This document shows, piece after piece, positions 1 through 7,362 of a stretch of DNA of 64,000 nt. The notes beneath the pieces were generated by a model. It did no database searches. It had not been told where the DNA came from and saw only the letters and a program-made list of their open reading frames with translations. Location of the stretch: contig JADBKO010000003.1 of NCBI GenBank assembly GCA_014896355.1, positions 26,077-90,076 of the forward strand, in the 5' to 3' direction. This DNA comes from Bacillota bacterium (GTDB lineage Bacteria > Bacillota > UBA5301 > Bu52). Within the stretch, counting starts at the first letter, position 1, and every line of letters starts with the position of its first letter. A program made the position numbers and the translations under genes.

Positions 1-1488
1 ACGAAGCCACGGATGCTCAGGAAGCTCCGTTTCTTTGGGTTCAGGGATGGTTCTGGATATACGCAAGATGAATACAAGTTCATTCTGGTTCGTCGCAGCG
101 CTGCGGGTGCCAAACAGGCCGCCAATGAGCGGAAGGTCCTTGAGGGACGGCAGACCCCGGACCTGACCGCGTTGCTCGGAATTGAGCAATCCGGCCAGCA
201 CCAACGCGCCGTCAAACGGAAGTCTTACAGCCGTTTGTGCCGAGCGGGTGCGCAGCGCCGGAATCGTGGCGCCTGCGAACTGGACGCCGTTGTTCCAATC
301 CAAGGTGCTAAGCTCCGGCTGCAGCTCCAGTATGGCGGAGTCTGCGTCTACGCCCCGAATCTTCAGGGACAACTTGATCCCGTAATCTTTCCATTCGATC
401 CGGGCACCCTCCGGCCCGCTCTGGAATGGGACGGGAATCTGTCCGCCGGAAAGAAACGAAGCCGGTTCTCCAGGCAGTGCCACCAGGGTCGGCTCCGCCA
501 AAACACGGCCCTGGCCTGTGCTGGCCATGAGATCCAGTTTCTGCCACAGACGGGATACCTGCCATTCTTGTAGCAGTCCCAGCAGGGTCGGCAGATCTCC
601 TTGCTGAAATTGCACGCCGGCCTGCCAGTCCAGGCCGAGATCCCTGAGGAATTCGTGGTGGGTTTCCACGACTCGGACCTGCACCAGTAGCGGCCGGGGT
701 GTCTCCTGAGCCGGCGGCGCCACCTGGATCAGATTTACAACCGTGTACCCCAGGGCGCCGGCCAGCCTGGCGGCCCTCTCAGCATGATCCTTGTCCGAGA
801 CCGACCCCTCCAACACCACCTTTCCCCCGAGACCATAAATTCGGATGCGTGGGTCGTTCACGGCCTGGGTCAGCGCCGTTACAACGCTTTCCGGGATTCG
901 CGAGGCTCCCTCTCCCTCCGCAATCACACTGAGACTGCTTACCACATTGGGATTGACGGCCCGGGCAATGCTGAGCACCCGCTGCTCTTCCTCTTTGGTC
1001 CGAACGTTTCCCTCAAGAACCACCGCGTTTCCCAGGCTTTTGGCCCGGACCCCGGGCCAACCGGCCTCCCGCCAAAACTCCTTCCAAAAGAGCTCGTCGT
1101 TGCGGGGAAGCACCACCAGAGGCAAGCTCCGGCTGGCGTCCTTAAGCCAGTAAATGAGATTTGTGGTGCCCGTCTTCTTGCCGTTGACCAGGATGGAATC
1201 GTCGGAGATCACTCGGACCTCCGCAATGTCGGGATCCCCAACAGCCACCCTGCGCACCTCGCGCAAGATCACAGTCCGGGACTCGCCCTCTCTCAGGGTG
1301 AGAGGGGACGCCAGGGATTCCTCCTGGGCCGCCTGCACCACCGGAAGTGCGCCCGGCCAAGCCAGCGTCATGATGAGCAACCAGAACACCATCCATACGG
1401 ACACCCGCGCCAGCCTGGACCCCCGACCGGCCCACCATCGAAGTATGTGGCCGCGATCAAACCTCCACGATCCCATGTCTTTAAGCAT
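1..1488 (-). CDS. cpaC: Tad-pilus secretin, CpaC/RcpA family (partial; C-terminus runs off the left edge)
   Basis: Hand translation of the minus strand from ATG 1488 (AAGGAG about 13 nt upstream, 10 nt after the cpaB stop) gives an uninterrupted 496-codon frame down to position 1. It shows a signal peptide VWMVFWLLIMTLAWPGALPVVQA/AQE and a pilus N-terminal domain LTLREGESRTVILREVRRVAVGDPDIAEVRVISDDSILVNGKKTGTTNLIYW. Two BON-like repeats follow (VVLEGNVRTKEEEQRVLSIA; VVLEGSVSDKDHAERAARLA), then secretin core motifs GRVLAEPTLVALPGEPASFLSGGQIPVP and LPSLKDLPLIGGLFG. It is not in the ORF track because it has no stop codon inside the window. Confidence 0.9.
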   Translation of the reverse strand, partial: MLKDMGSWRFDRGHILRWWAGRGSRLARVSVWMVFWLLIMTLAWPGALPVVQAAQEESLASPLTLREGESRTVILREVRRVAVGDPDIAEVRVISDDSILVNGKKTGTTNLIYWLKDASRSLPLVVLPRNDELFWKEFWREAGWPGVRAKSLGNAVVLEGNVRTKEEEQRVLSIARAVNPNVVSSLSVIAEGEGASRIPESVVTALTQAVNDPRIRIYGLGGKVVLEGSVSDKDHAERAARLAGALGYTVVNLIQVAPPAQETPRPLLVQVRVVETHHEFLRDLGLDWQAGVQFQQGDLPTLLGLLQEWQVSRLWQKLDLMASTGQGRVLAEPTLVALPGEPASFLSGGQIPVPFQSGPEGARIEWKDYGIKLSLKIRGVDADSAILELQPELSTLDWNNGVQFAGATIPALRTRSAQTAVRLPFDGALVLAGLLNSEQRGQVRGLPSLKDLPLIGGLFGTRSAATNQNELVFILRISRTIPEPKETELPEHPWLR

Positions 1489-1497
1489 ATGTCGTCG

Positions 1498-2508
1498 CTA
1501 GTCTCCTTTCATATGAGGCGCATTTGACTCCACGGACTGCCGGACGCTCTCCGTTCCATGAATCACTTCCACCACACGGTCCGAGCTGTCGCCACTGCCA
1601 CCGGCCCCGGTCGATAAACCCTCACGGGGGGGCCTGGAATCCGATGTGCTGGCGTGGGAAGAAGCGGTCCCTCCACCTGGGCGGACGGCCGGGAGTTCAG
1701 TCAAGGCCCGGAACAGGGATTCGTCCCAACCTGCCTTACCGGAACCGGCGACGGGCATCTGAACCGGGCGGACGGCCGGCGGGACCGTCCGCACCGCAGG
1801 CGCTCCAGGGACAGCAGCCGAAGGAAGCGTTACGTTGAGAGCCCTGTCGTTGTCCGGGCGCAGAACGATCTCCACCTTGCCCGTCTGCTGGGCCAAGCTG
1901 ATAAGCTGGGCCTGCAGAGGCGTGACGGCCAGTGCGACGGCCGCTGGGGAAGATCTCCCCTCGTCCGCACCCAGAAGAGACCTCCCTGCTTCCTCCGTGG
2001 ACACGACATCCAGCACCGCCACGTCTTGGGCGATGGTTGAGGCCTGCTCCTGGTCCCACCCGGACTCACCCGACACCGCGATCAGGTCCACGCGGGCGCC
2101 GGGCCGGAGGTGGTGGCCGATTCCCGACTCCGGCGCTACCGGCAGGAACACGGCGCGGTGTCCCACCGGAATCCGGCGGCGCAGGTCCTTTATCTGATCA
2201 GGCTTCACGATATTGACCCGTGTGAGTTCCTGCCCGGCGTCCAGGTCTGATACCAGGACTTTCCCGGTGGCTTCGTGGATGCTCCCCAGCGCAGACTCCG
2301 GCCGGAACTGTCGCGGGACCTCCCGGACGGCCAGGTGGCTGGCTTCCAGAAGTGTGCCGGCCCTCAAGCGAGTGCTGGCCACCACCATGGGCACCGTCTC
2401 CGTACGCCACCTGTACTGGGCTTCCAGGCCGTGAAAGGATATGTAAACAATGACCGCCGCCACGAACGCCCCCAATGTCACCAAGATTTTGCGCCAGCGC
2501 TCAGTCAC
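1498..2508 (-). CDS. cpaB: Flp pilus assembly protein CpaB/RcpC
   Basis: 336-aa ORF with a GTG start. It has an N-terminal TM helix (ILVTLGAFVAAVIVYI), a SAF-like segment (VPMVVASTRLRAGTLLEASHLAVREVP) and an RcpC/CpaB-type core (GHRAVFLPVAPESGIGHHLRPGARVDLIAV). It sits between the pseudopilins and the secretin. Confidence 0.85.
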   Translation of the reverse strand: MTERWRKILVTLGAFVAAVIVYISFHGLEAQYRWRTETVPMVVASTRLRAGTLLEASHLAVREVPRQFRPESALGSIHEATGKVLVSDLDAGQELTRVNIVKPDQIKDLRRRIPVGHRAVFLPVAPESGIGHHLRPGARVDLIAVSGESGWDQEQASTIAQDVAVLDVVSTEEAGRSLLGADEGRSSPAAVALAVTPLQAQLISLAQQTGKVEIVLRPDNDRALNVTLPSAAVPGAPAVRTVPPAVRPVQMPVAGSGKAGWDESLFRALTELPAVRPGGGTASSHASTSDSRPPREGLSTGAGGSGDSSDRVVEVIHGTESVRQSVESNAPHMKGD

Positions 2509-2521
2509 GGCCCCACCCCCT

Positions 2522-3280
2522 TCAAGGCATCTGGACCTGGCCGAACAGGAGGACGGAAGTGCCGGGGGACTCCTCCCGCGGTTTGAGACTGATCAATACC
2601 CGCCGGGACTCTTTCTTGAAGACATGGACCCGATAGGGAGCCCTTCCAGCGATGGCGGAAATATCGTTTATAAGCGCTTCCCACCCACACTGGGAAAAGT
2701 GGCGCTGATAAAACCTGGCCACGGTCTGGGCTTTTACGGGCGCCTCGTAGAGCAATATCCACTGCCTGCCAGCGGCCGTTTTCTCCTCAATCAACGTGGC
2801 CGTGATCACCCCTGGATACACAGGGATTCCTTCGAGCCGCTGACGCACCCTGTATGAGGGAATCTCGGCCGGCGGCCGAAGATGAAGAGGATAGGCTCGC
2901 ACCAGGACCAGGCTTCCCTGCCCTGATGGCAACGGAGTGATCCGGAGCTCCCCTGCCACTTCTCCACGCTGGACGAACACATCACACCGGCCGTCTCCTG
3001 CGCGGGCGGAGACTTCCCATCCGGCCTGCAAAAACCGGCCTACGTACGTTTGGTGGACGTGACCGACGCTACGCTCGATTCGCAGGGCCACGATCTGTAC
3101 CGGCTGAAGGTTGATGCGCGCCATTTCCGCCCGCAATATCGTAGCTCCGGGTACGGCCAATAGAAATGGGTCGATGAACGGCTGCGCCGCCGAAGCGCGG
3201 ACGTCTTCGCTCAGAACCACAGTGGTCATCAACGAAAGCACCTCCATCGCAAGTGCCATCCTTAGGAGACGGGCTAACAT
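2522..3280 (-). CDS. uncharacterised secreted protein embedded in the Tad locus (two internal repeats)
   Basis: ORF 2522..3355. The preferred start is ATG 3280 (AGGTGA 5 nt upstream), giving the signal-like N-terminus MLARLLRMALAMEVLSLMTTVVLS. Two similar modules are each centred on an RF-x-Q...GWE motif (YVGRFLQAGWEVSARAG and VARFYQRHFSQCGWEALIND). No family recognised. Confidence 0.6.
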   Translation of the reverse strand: MLARLLRMALAMEVLSLMTTVVLSEDVRASAAQPFIDPFLLAVPGATILRAEMARINLQPVQIVALRIERSVGHVHQTYVGRFLQAGWEVSARAGDGRCDVFVQRGEVAGELRITPLPSGQGSLVLVRAYPLHLRPPAEIPSYRVRQRLEGIPVYPGVITATLIEEKTAAGRQWILLYEAPVKAQTVARFYQRHFSQCGWEALINDISAIAGRAPYRVHVFKKESRRVLISLKPREESPGTSVLLFGQVQMP

Positions 3281-3370
3281 GGTTTTCACCTGCTGAGGGG
3301 CCCTGTAAAGGACCCAGATTTTGCCGGGCGTTGGGAGGCCCGGAACGATACTCAAAGCAGATTCAGCGTT

Positions 3371-3763
3371 TCAGGGCAGATTTAGCCGTTGCCGGGCCAT
3401 GGATGCTTCCGCCACCAGCCGGGTATGTGCGGGGAACCAGCTGCGCAGCCAGGAATGCGTGGGAACGTCGAGAATCACCTGAACCCGGCTATTCCAGAGC
3501 GACTGCTGAACGGAGAACCGCAGTCGGTCCACCGGGAGGCCCAGGTCCTTGGCGGCGCCGCGTCCGGCGGCCACCGGGTCTGCCCGGATACTGGCGGCCC
3601 GCGCGGCGTGCCGGGCGACCATGTTCAGAGCTAGGTCGTACCGTGCGATCTCCACTGTTTGCAGGGCTGCCAAGAGAAGGATGATCAAAGCGGGCGCCAC
3701 CAGGCTGAACTCTAGTAGAGCCTGGCCTTGCTGCGATAAACTGCCTGGACACGTCCTTACCAT
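3371..3763 (-). CDS. tadE: TadE-like pseudopilin
   Basis: ATG 3763 is preceded by GGAGGTGA and overlaps the stop of the upstream gene by 7 nt. The N-terminus SQQG/QALLEFSLVAPALIILLLAALQTVEIA is a TadE-type prepilin segment. The longer track ORF (to 3925) is a spurious extension. Confidence 0.8.
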   Translation of the reverse strand: MVRTCPGSLSQQGQALLEFSLVAPALIILLLAALQTVEIARYDLALNMVARHAARAASIRADPVAAGRGAAKDLGLPVDRLRFSVQQSLWNSRVQVILDVPTHSWLRSWFPAHTRLVAEASMARQRLNLP

Positions 3764-4488
3764 GGCGGCGTCACCTCCACCAATCTGGCCTTGAACCGCG
3801 GCACCGGAGGGGGCCATACCACTGCGGACCCAAGTACGCGCTCGCCCCAGACCGCAGCCTCCGCCATTGCAGACTGCGGCGCATTCCGGCCTTGATCGAA
3901 GGGAAGATGCGTCCGATTTCGCCATACTCCCACACGGAGGAAGCGATCTCCGTGCGGTTTTCGTTTTCCCGATTGGAAGGTATCTTTCATCCAGAGAGGG
4001 AAGCTCGTTCCGAAGATCGCCGGGAGCAGGTACACCCGCTTCACCATCAGGTCGGGTACAGCCTTGCCAGACCAGGAGTTCAAAGGAACAGCACCGTCGG
4101 CACCGGACTTCAGAGCCTCAGCCACGGCCGCGGCCAAGGCCAGACGAGGCGTATTTTTCTGTACAGCGTCCTGGGCGGCCTGGAGTGGTTTCACCTGTTC
4201 CAGTGCGTCCCAGTTCCCCGCAAGCAAGGATCCATACAGGGCGAGGATGCCGGCGTTGCACGTCGCGATGACATTGAGGCCGTCTGCCAGCATGCTGGCG
4301 CCTGTCAGGCTGGCCGCATCCGCAGCGTTCTGAAGCGCCACCCGCTGCGTCATGGCACGGATGGCATTCACCGTGAATCCAGCCACGATGACCAAAGCCG
4401 AAATCAGCAACACAAATGCGACAACCGCTTGTCCACCATCCGTACCTTGCTTTCCCGTGCCAGAGAAACAGCCTATCAATTGCTGCAC
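3757..4488 (-). CDS. tadG: TadG-like (TadE/G-like) pilus assembly pseudopilin
   Basis: The N-terminus GG/QAVVAFVLLISALVIVAGF is followed by VALQNAADAASLTGA, the characteristic TadE/G-like N-terminal motif. The start is GTG 4488 or TTG 4479, after AGGAGGAG. Confidence 0.75.
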   Translation of the reverse strand: MQQLIGCFSGTGKQGTDGGQAVVAFVLLISALVIVAGFTVNAIRAMTQRVALQNAADAASLTGASMLADGLNVIATCNAGILALYGSLLAGNWDALEQVKPLQAAQDAVQKNTPRLALAAAVAEALKSGADGAVPLNSWSGKAVPDLMVKRVYLLPAIFGTSFPLWMKDTFQSGKRKPHGDRFLRVGVWRNRTHLPFDQGRNAPQSAMAEAAVWGERVLGSAVVWPPPVPRFKARLVEVTPPW

Positions 4489-4494
4489 CTCCTC

Positions 4495-4953
4495 CTACGG
4501 ATAGATGCCCGCGTCCTCTTTGAACATTCGATAGCGAGACTGGATTCGCGGGAAAAACAGGCTTGCTTGTCCCCATTGCGGCCAGCCCAAGGGCAGGAGG
4601 CAATTCATCTCTGCCATCAGGGTCTGTCCCTCCCGACGAAGTTCGTCCGGCGACACCACATGACGATACGGGTTGGCCCCCAAGGCAGGATGCAACAGAC
4701 CTGCCAACGCCAGGTTCGCGAAAGCGTCGAACCGGCTGTGCGGAACCCGGTCAGCGTGGGTGGAAGCCGCCCGCAGCCCTACAAACAAGGACGTGTTCAT
4801 GGCTGCCTCCGTCCGATACGCATGCATCACCTGGATGAACCCCAGGGTCAGCAATACCAGAATCGGGAGGACCAGAGCCAACTCCACCACGGACTGTCCT
4901 TCCGCCTCCCTCCGGCCGGAGCGGTACATGGCCCGGCGGCACCATACCTTCAC
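4495..4953 (-). CDS. tadE: TadE-like pseudopilin
   Basis: Contains EG/QSVVELALVLPILVLLTLGFIQVMHAY (TadE N-terminal domain). The preferred start is GTG 4953, overlapping the cpaA stop (GTGA) with GGAGGAG 10 nt upstream. An alternative ATG lies at 4929. The upstream part of track ORF 4495..5259 overlaps cpaA and is spurious. Confidence 0.8.
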   Translation of the reverse strand: MKVWCRRAMYRSGRREAEGQSVVELALVLPILVLLTLGFIQVMHAYRTEAAMNTSLFVGLRAASTHADRVPHSRFDAFANLALAGLLHPALGANPYRHVVSPDELRREGQTLMAEMNCLLPLGWPQWGQASLFFPRIQSRYRMFKEDAGIYP

Positions 4954-5486
4954 CACAGAACAGCTCCTCCCCAAGCCACAAGGGCTCCCAAGTTGAGATA
5001 TAGGGCATAAGGCATCGGCGGCACCAGGGCGCCGGGTTCCGACGGGCCCGTTGCCGGGCCGCCCAGCCTGGGCCAGATGGATCGTACGCACAAACAAGCG
5101 AAGCGAGGCACCTGTCGGAGCGGGCGGTGGCGGGCGATCCAGACCAAAGCGCCCATGCCCCCGAAGAGCGCCCCGTAGAACAAGCCCTGTCCGATTCCGG
5201 GAAACCCAAGAATGGCCCCGTGGGCGCAGAGGAGCTTCACGTCTCCGCCCCCGACCCACCCCGCGTGGTAAGCCGGGTAAAACGCCAGGAACCCGACGCC
5301 GGCCCCAAGAATATGCCAGCCGAGATCCGGCAGCCCCCGAAAGGCGGCCAGGCCCATGGCCGCGGCAACGGCACCCATGGTGGCGAAGTTGGACACCCGG
5401 CGCCAGCGAAGGTCTGTGTAGCTTGTATGGACCGCCAGCGCAACAAGAAGAGCCGTCTCTGCCAGGATCCAGGTTGAGCTGGTCAT
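4950..5486 (-). CDS. cpaA: A24-family prepilin peptidase CpaA/TadV
   Basis: 178-aa polytopic membrane protein with both catalytic Asp contexts (HTSYTDLRWRRVSN and WVGGGDVKLL). The ATG is preceded by GGAGAA. Confidence 0.85.
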   Translation of the reverse strand: MTSSTWILAETALLVALAVHTSYTDLRWRRVSNFATMGAVAAAMGLAAFRGLPDLGWHILGAGVGFLAFYPAYHAGWVGGGDVKLLCAHGAILGFPGIGQGLFYGALFGGMGALVWIARHRPLRQVPRFACLCVRSIWPRLGGPATGPSEPGALVPPMPYALYLNLGALVAWGGAVLW

Positions 5487-5739
5487 CTCGCCGTTCTCCT
5501 TTTTATGGACCCATGCCCGTCAGGGATCCATGCCTGGATGGTCCTTTCCTAAGGCTTGAAGGCGGACCGGACTGTATAAGCTTTGGGAGGCGGGCAAATC
5601 TTCAGACATCGCGTCGCGAATACAGCCCGGATTTTCGTTGGTTTCTGTGCCCGGAGCGGCTCTTTTCCAGCCAAGCCTCAGCAATATGTGGTTACAGTTG
5701 GCATCTCACGCCGGTCAGACATCGAACCGGCCTTCGCGA

Positions 5740-5895
5740 TCACTTCGTTGCAATCGCCTTGGCCAGCTGGGCGAACTTCGCCGCCACGGAACCACCCAAC
5801 GCCTTTACCGCCACGATGCTCACGACGGCCACCAAGGCCGTCAGCAGCCCGTACTCGGCCATGCTCTGCCCAGACTGGTCCTGCCAAAGCGTCAT
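5740..5895 (-). CDS. flp: Flp/Fap family pilin (51 aa)
   Basis: Hand translation gives MTLWQDQSG/QSMAEYGLLTALVAVVSIVAVKALGGSVAAKFAQLAKAIATK, with GGAGGTGG about 5 nt upstream of the ATG. It carries the classic Flp G/xxxxEY processing motif plus a hydrophobic helix. It is below the ORF-track length cut-off. Confidence 0.9.
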   Translation of the reverse strand: MTLWQDQSGQSMAEYGLLTALVAVVSIVAVKALGGSVAAKFAQLAKAIATK

Positions 5896-5945
5896 TCAAC
5901 CACCTCCTTCCGAGCCCGCCTCCCAAGAGTGAAAATCCCGCTACC

Positions 5946-6125
5946 TTAGAAAAACCAAGGCACCGCAAGGCTGGACAAAATGCTCTCGAGCCCCAGGTCT
6001 GTAGCCACCTCAAAAACCCGTTTCATGATCCCCAAGGAGGAAAGAAGGACCGCAGCGGCCAGGGCGTACTCCGGTAGGGACTGCCCCGGCGCGGCTTGAC
6101 GGGGGTCGAATCGGCAGGTATCCAT
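5946..6125 (-). CDS. flp: Flp-like pilin (59 aa)
   Basis: ATG 6125 is preceded by AGGGAGG. The product is MDTCRFDPRQAAPG/QSLPEYALAAAVLLSSLGIMKRVFEVATDLGLESILSSLAVPWFF. This is the real 3' part of track ORF 5946..6317. Confidence 0.8.
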   Translation of the reverse strand: MDTCRFDPRQAAPGQSLPEYALAAAVLLSSLGIMKRVFEVATDLGLESILSSLAVPWFF

Positions 6126-6288
6126 GGACCACACCTCCCTTGCATCAAGCGGCGAAAGCAAGACTCGAGCCGACCTGACCTGACTGGTTGCCCCTTGTCC
6201 GCCGTGGAACGGCCGTGTATAATAGAACAGCAGAGCCCGGCGGCGACAAAACGGACTCAGTTCCGTTGTCCCGCTTGCGGCGCACCCC

Positions 6289-6325
6289 CACACCGAATCC
6301 GACCGCCACGTCTGCATTCGGTGTG
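6289..6325. promoter_or_regulatory. perfect 10-bp stem hairpin in the flp leader
   Basis: CACACCGAAT-(17 nt)-ATTCGGTGTG. On the minus strand it lies about 30 nt downstream of the predicted flp transcription start. On the plus strand it is followed by GGTTTTT, so it looks like a terminator in that orientation. Confidence 0.5.
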
Positions 6326-6363
6326 GGTTTTTACTAGGGTTCGAGATCGCCTTCGCATTACCG

Positions 6364-6393
6364 ATTATATGCGAACCTTATATTTCCAGTCAA
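6364..6393 (-). promoter_or_regulatory. near-consensus sigma-A-type promoter for the flp/Tad operon
   Basis: The minus strand reads TTGACT-(18 nt)-TATAAT, with the -35 at 6388..6393 and the -10 at 6364..6369. It lies in a locally AT-richer intergenic region and implies a 5' leader of about 230 nt before flp. Confidence 0.55.
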
Positions 6394-6671
6394 AGGCCGA
6401 AATTGGCAGGTTAGGAGCCGTTTATCTTAGCTGGACCTACTTTTCCTTCTGTTTTCGTCTGTTTTCGAGGCCGCACGTTATTCAGCGATAGATTAAGGTT
6501 GGACGTGGGTTGACCCCAGACTCGCGGTCAGGGCGCCAAACGCGGTACTCCGGCGGGGTCGACAGGTAGGTAAATCCCCGCGATCTCCAGACTGCCGCTT
6601 TTCTTCGCCCTACCCGCCGGGGAGCGACTCCGGGTTCATTCTCACCGTTTCGCCACCCCTTTGGCAGAGTG

Positions 6672-7334
6672 TCATTCTGCCTCGACGAAATAAACGATGC
6701 TATGCCACAAGGGTGTTCTCTCGATGATCCGCCACCCGGACTGCTCCACGGTGTCCAGCGTGCGCCGATTGATGTTGTCGCCGATCAGAGATCGCGCCAG
6801 AGGGTTGAGGAGATCGGCAATGCGCCCGGCCATCCGCCCCGGGGGACGGATGTGTTCCAGCAGAAAAAGCCTTCCGCCCCTTCTTACGACCCGCCGCAGC
6901 TCCTCCAGTCCCCGCCGGGGATGCGCCACGGAGCAGAAGACAAATGTCGCCACGGCCCCGGCAAAGAAATCTGCAGGATGACGCAGGTCCTCCACATCCA
7001 TGAGCTCCAGGCGCAGTTCGGACCGGCTCAGGTGCGCCCGCGCCCGGGCCCGGGCCAACATTTCCGGGCTGAAATCGACTCCGACGATGTGCGCCCCGGC
7101 TGGATGATGGGGAAAATTGCGGCCGGTCCCCACGCCGGCTTCCAGCAAGGGCGTGGATGCGGCGCCGCCCGGCAGCGTCTGGAGCCATTGAGACACCCGC
7201 CGCCACAGGTGCCTCCGCCAAAGGTCCATCGCTGCAGCCTCCATGGGCCCTTCTAGCCAGTCGTATAGCGGAGCCAGCCGGTCATAGCGCAAGCGGGTTT
7301 TCTCACTGCCCGGGTCGATACCTTTGTGCTCCAT
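6672..7334 (-). CDS. class I SAM-dependent methyltransferase
   Basis: Starts MEHKGID at ATG 7334. It has SAM-binding motif I LLEAGVGTGRN and VGVDFSPEML, plus post-I/II motifs (FCSVAHPRRGLEELRRVVRRGGRLFLLEH). The upstream part of track ORF 6672..7481 overlaps the preceding gene. Confidence 0.8.
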   Translation of the reverse strand: MEHKGIDPGSEKTRLRYDRLAPLYDWLEGPMEAAAMDLWRRHLWRRVSQWLQTLPGGAASTPLLEAGVGTGRNFPHHPAGAHIVGVDFSPEMLARARARAHLSRSELRLELMDVEDLRHPADFFAGAVATFVFCSVAHPRRGLEELRRVVRRGGRLFLLEHIRPPGRMAGRIADLLNPLARSLIGDNINRRTLDTVEQSGWRIIERTPLWHSIVYFVEAE

Positions 7335-7362
7335 CGCGAGCGGCTCCCTTCGCCCCCTCGAA

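Noticed and set aside
13-1527. Plus-strand ORFs 13..573, 784..1527 and 845..1153, and minus-strand ORFs 308..565 and 1142..1438, as candidate genes at the left end.
   Set aside because: All overlap the uninterrupted secretin frame (1..1488, minus strand) in other frames or on the other strand, and have no motifs. The secretin translation explains the region.
5678-6013. 111-aa minus-strand ORF spanning the pilin region.
   Set aside because: It is in a different frame from both Flp pilin genes, which have strong RBSs and canonical Flp motifs. Its product is Gly/Arg-rich and featureless.
6126-6360. Calling the flp leader a c-di-GMP riboswitch.
   Set aside because: Only a vague GGGGCAACC resemblance to the GEMM-I GGCAAACC element. 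I cannot reproduce the consensus helices by eye, so it is left as an open check rather than a feature.
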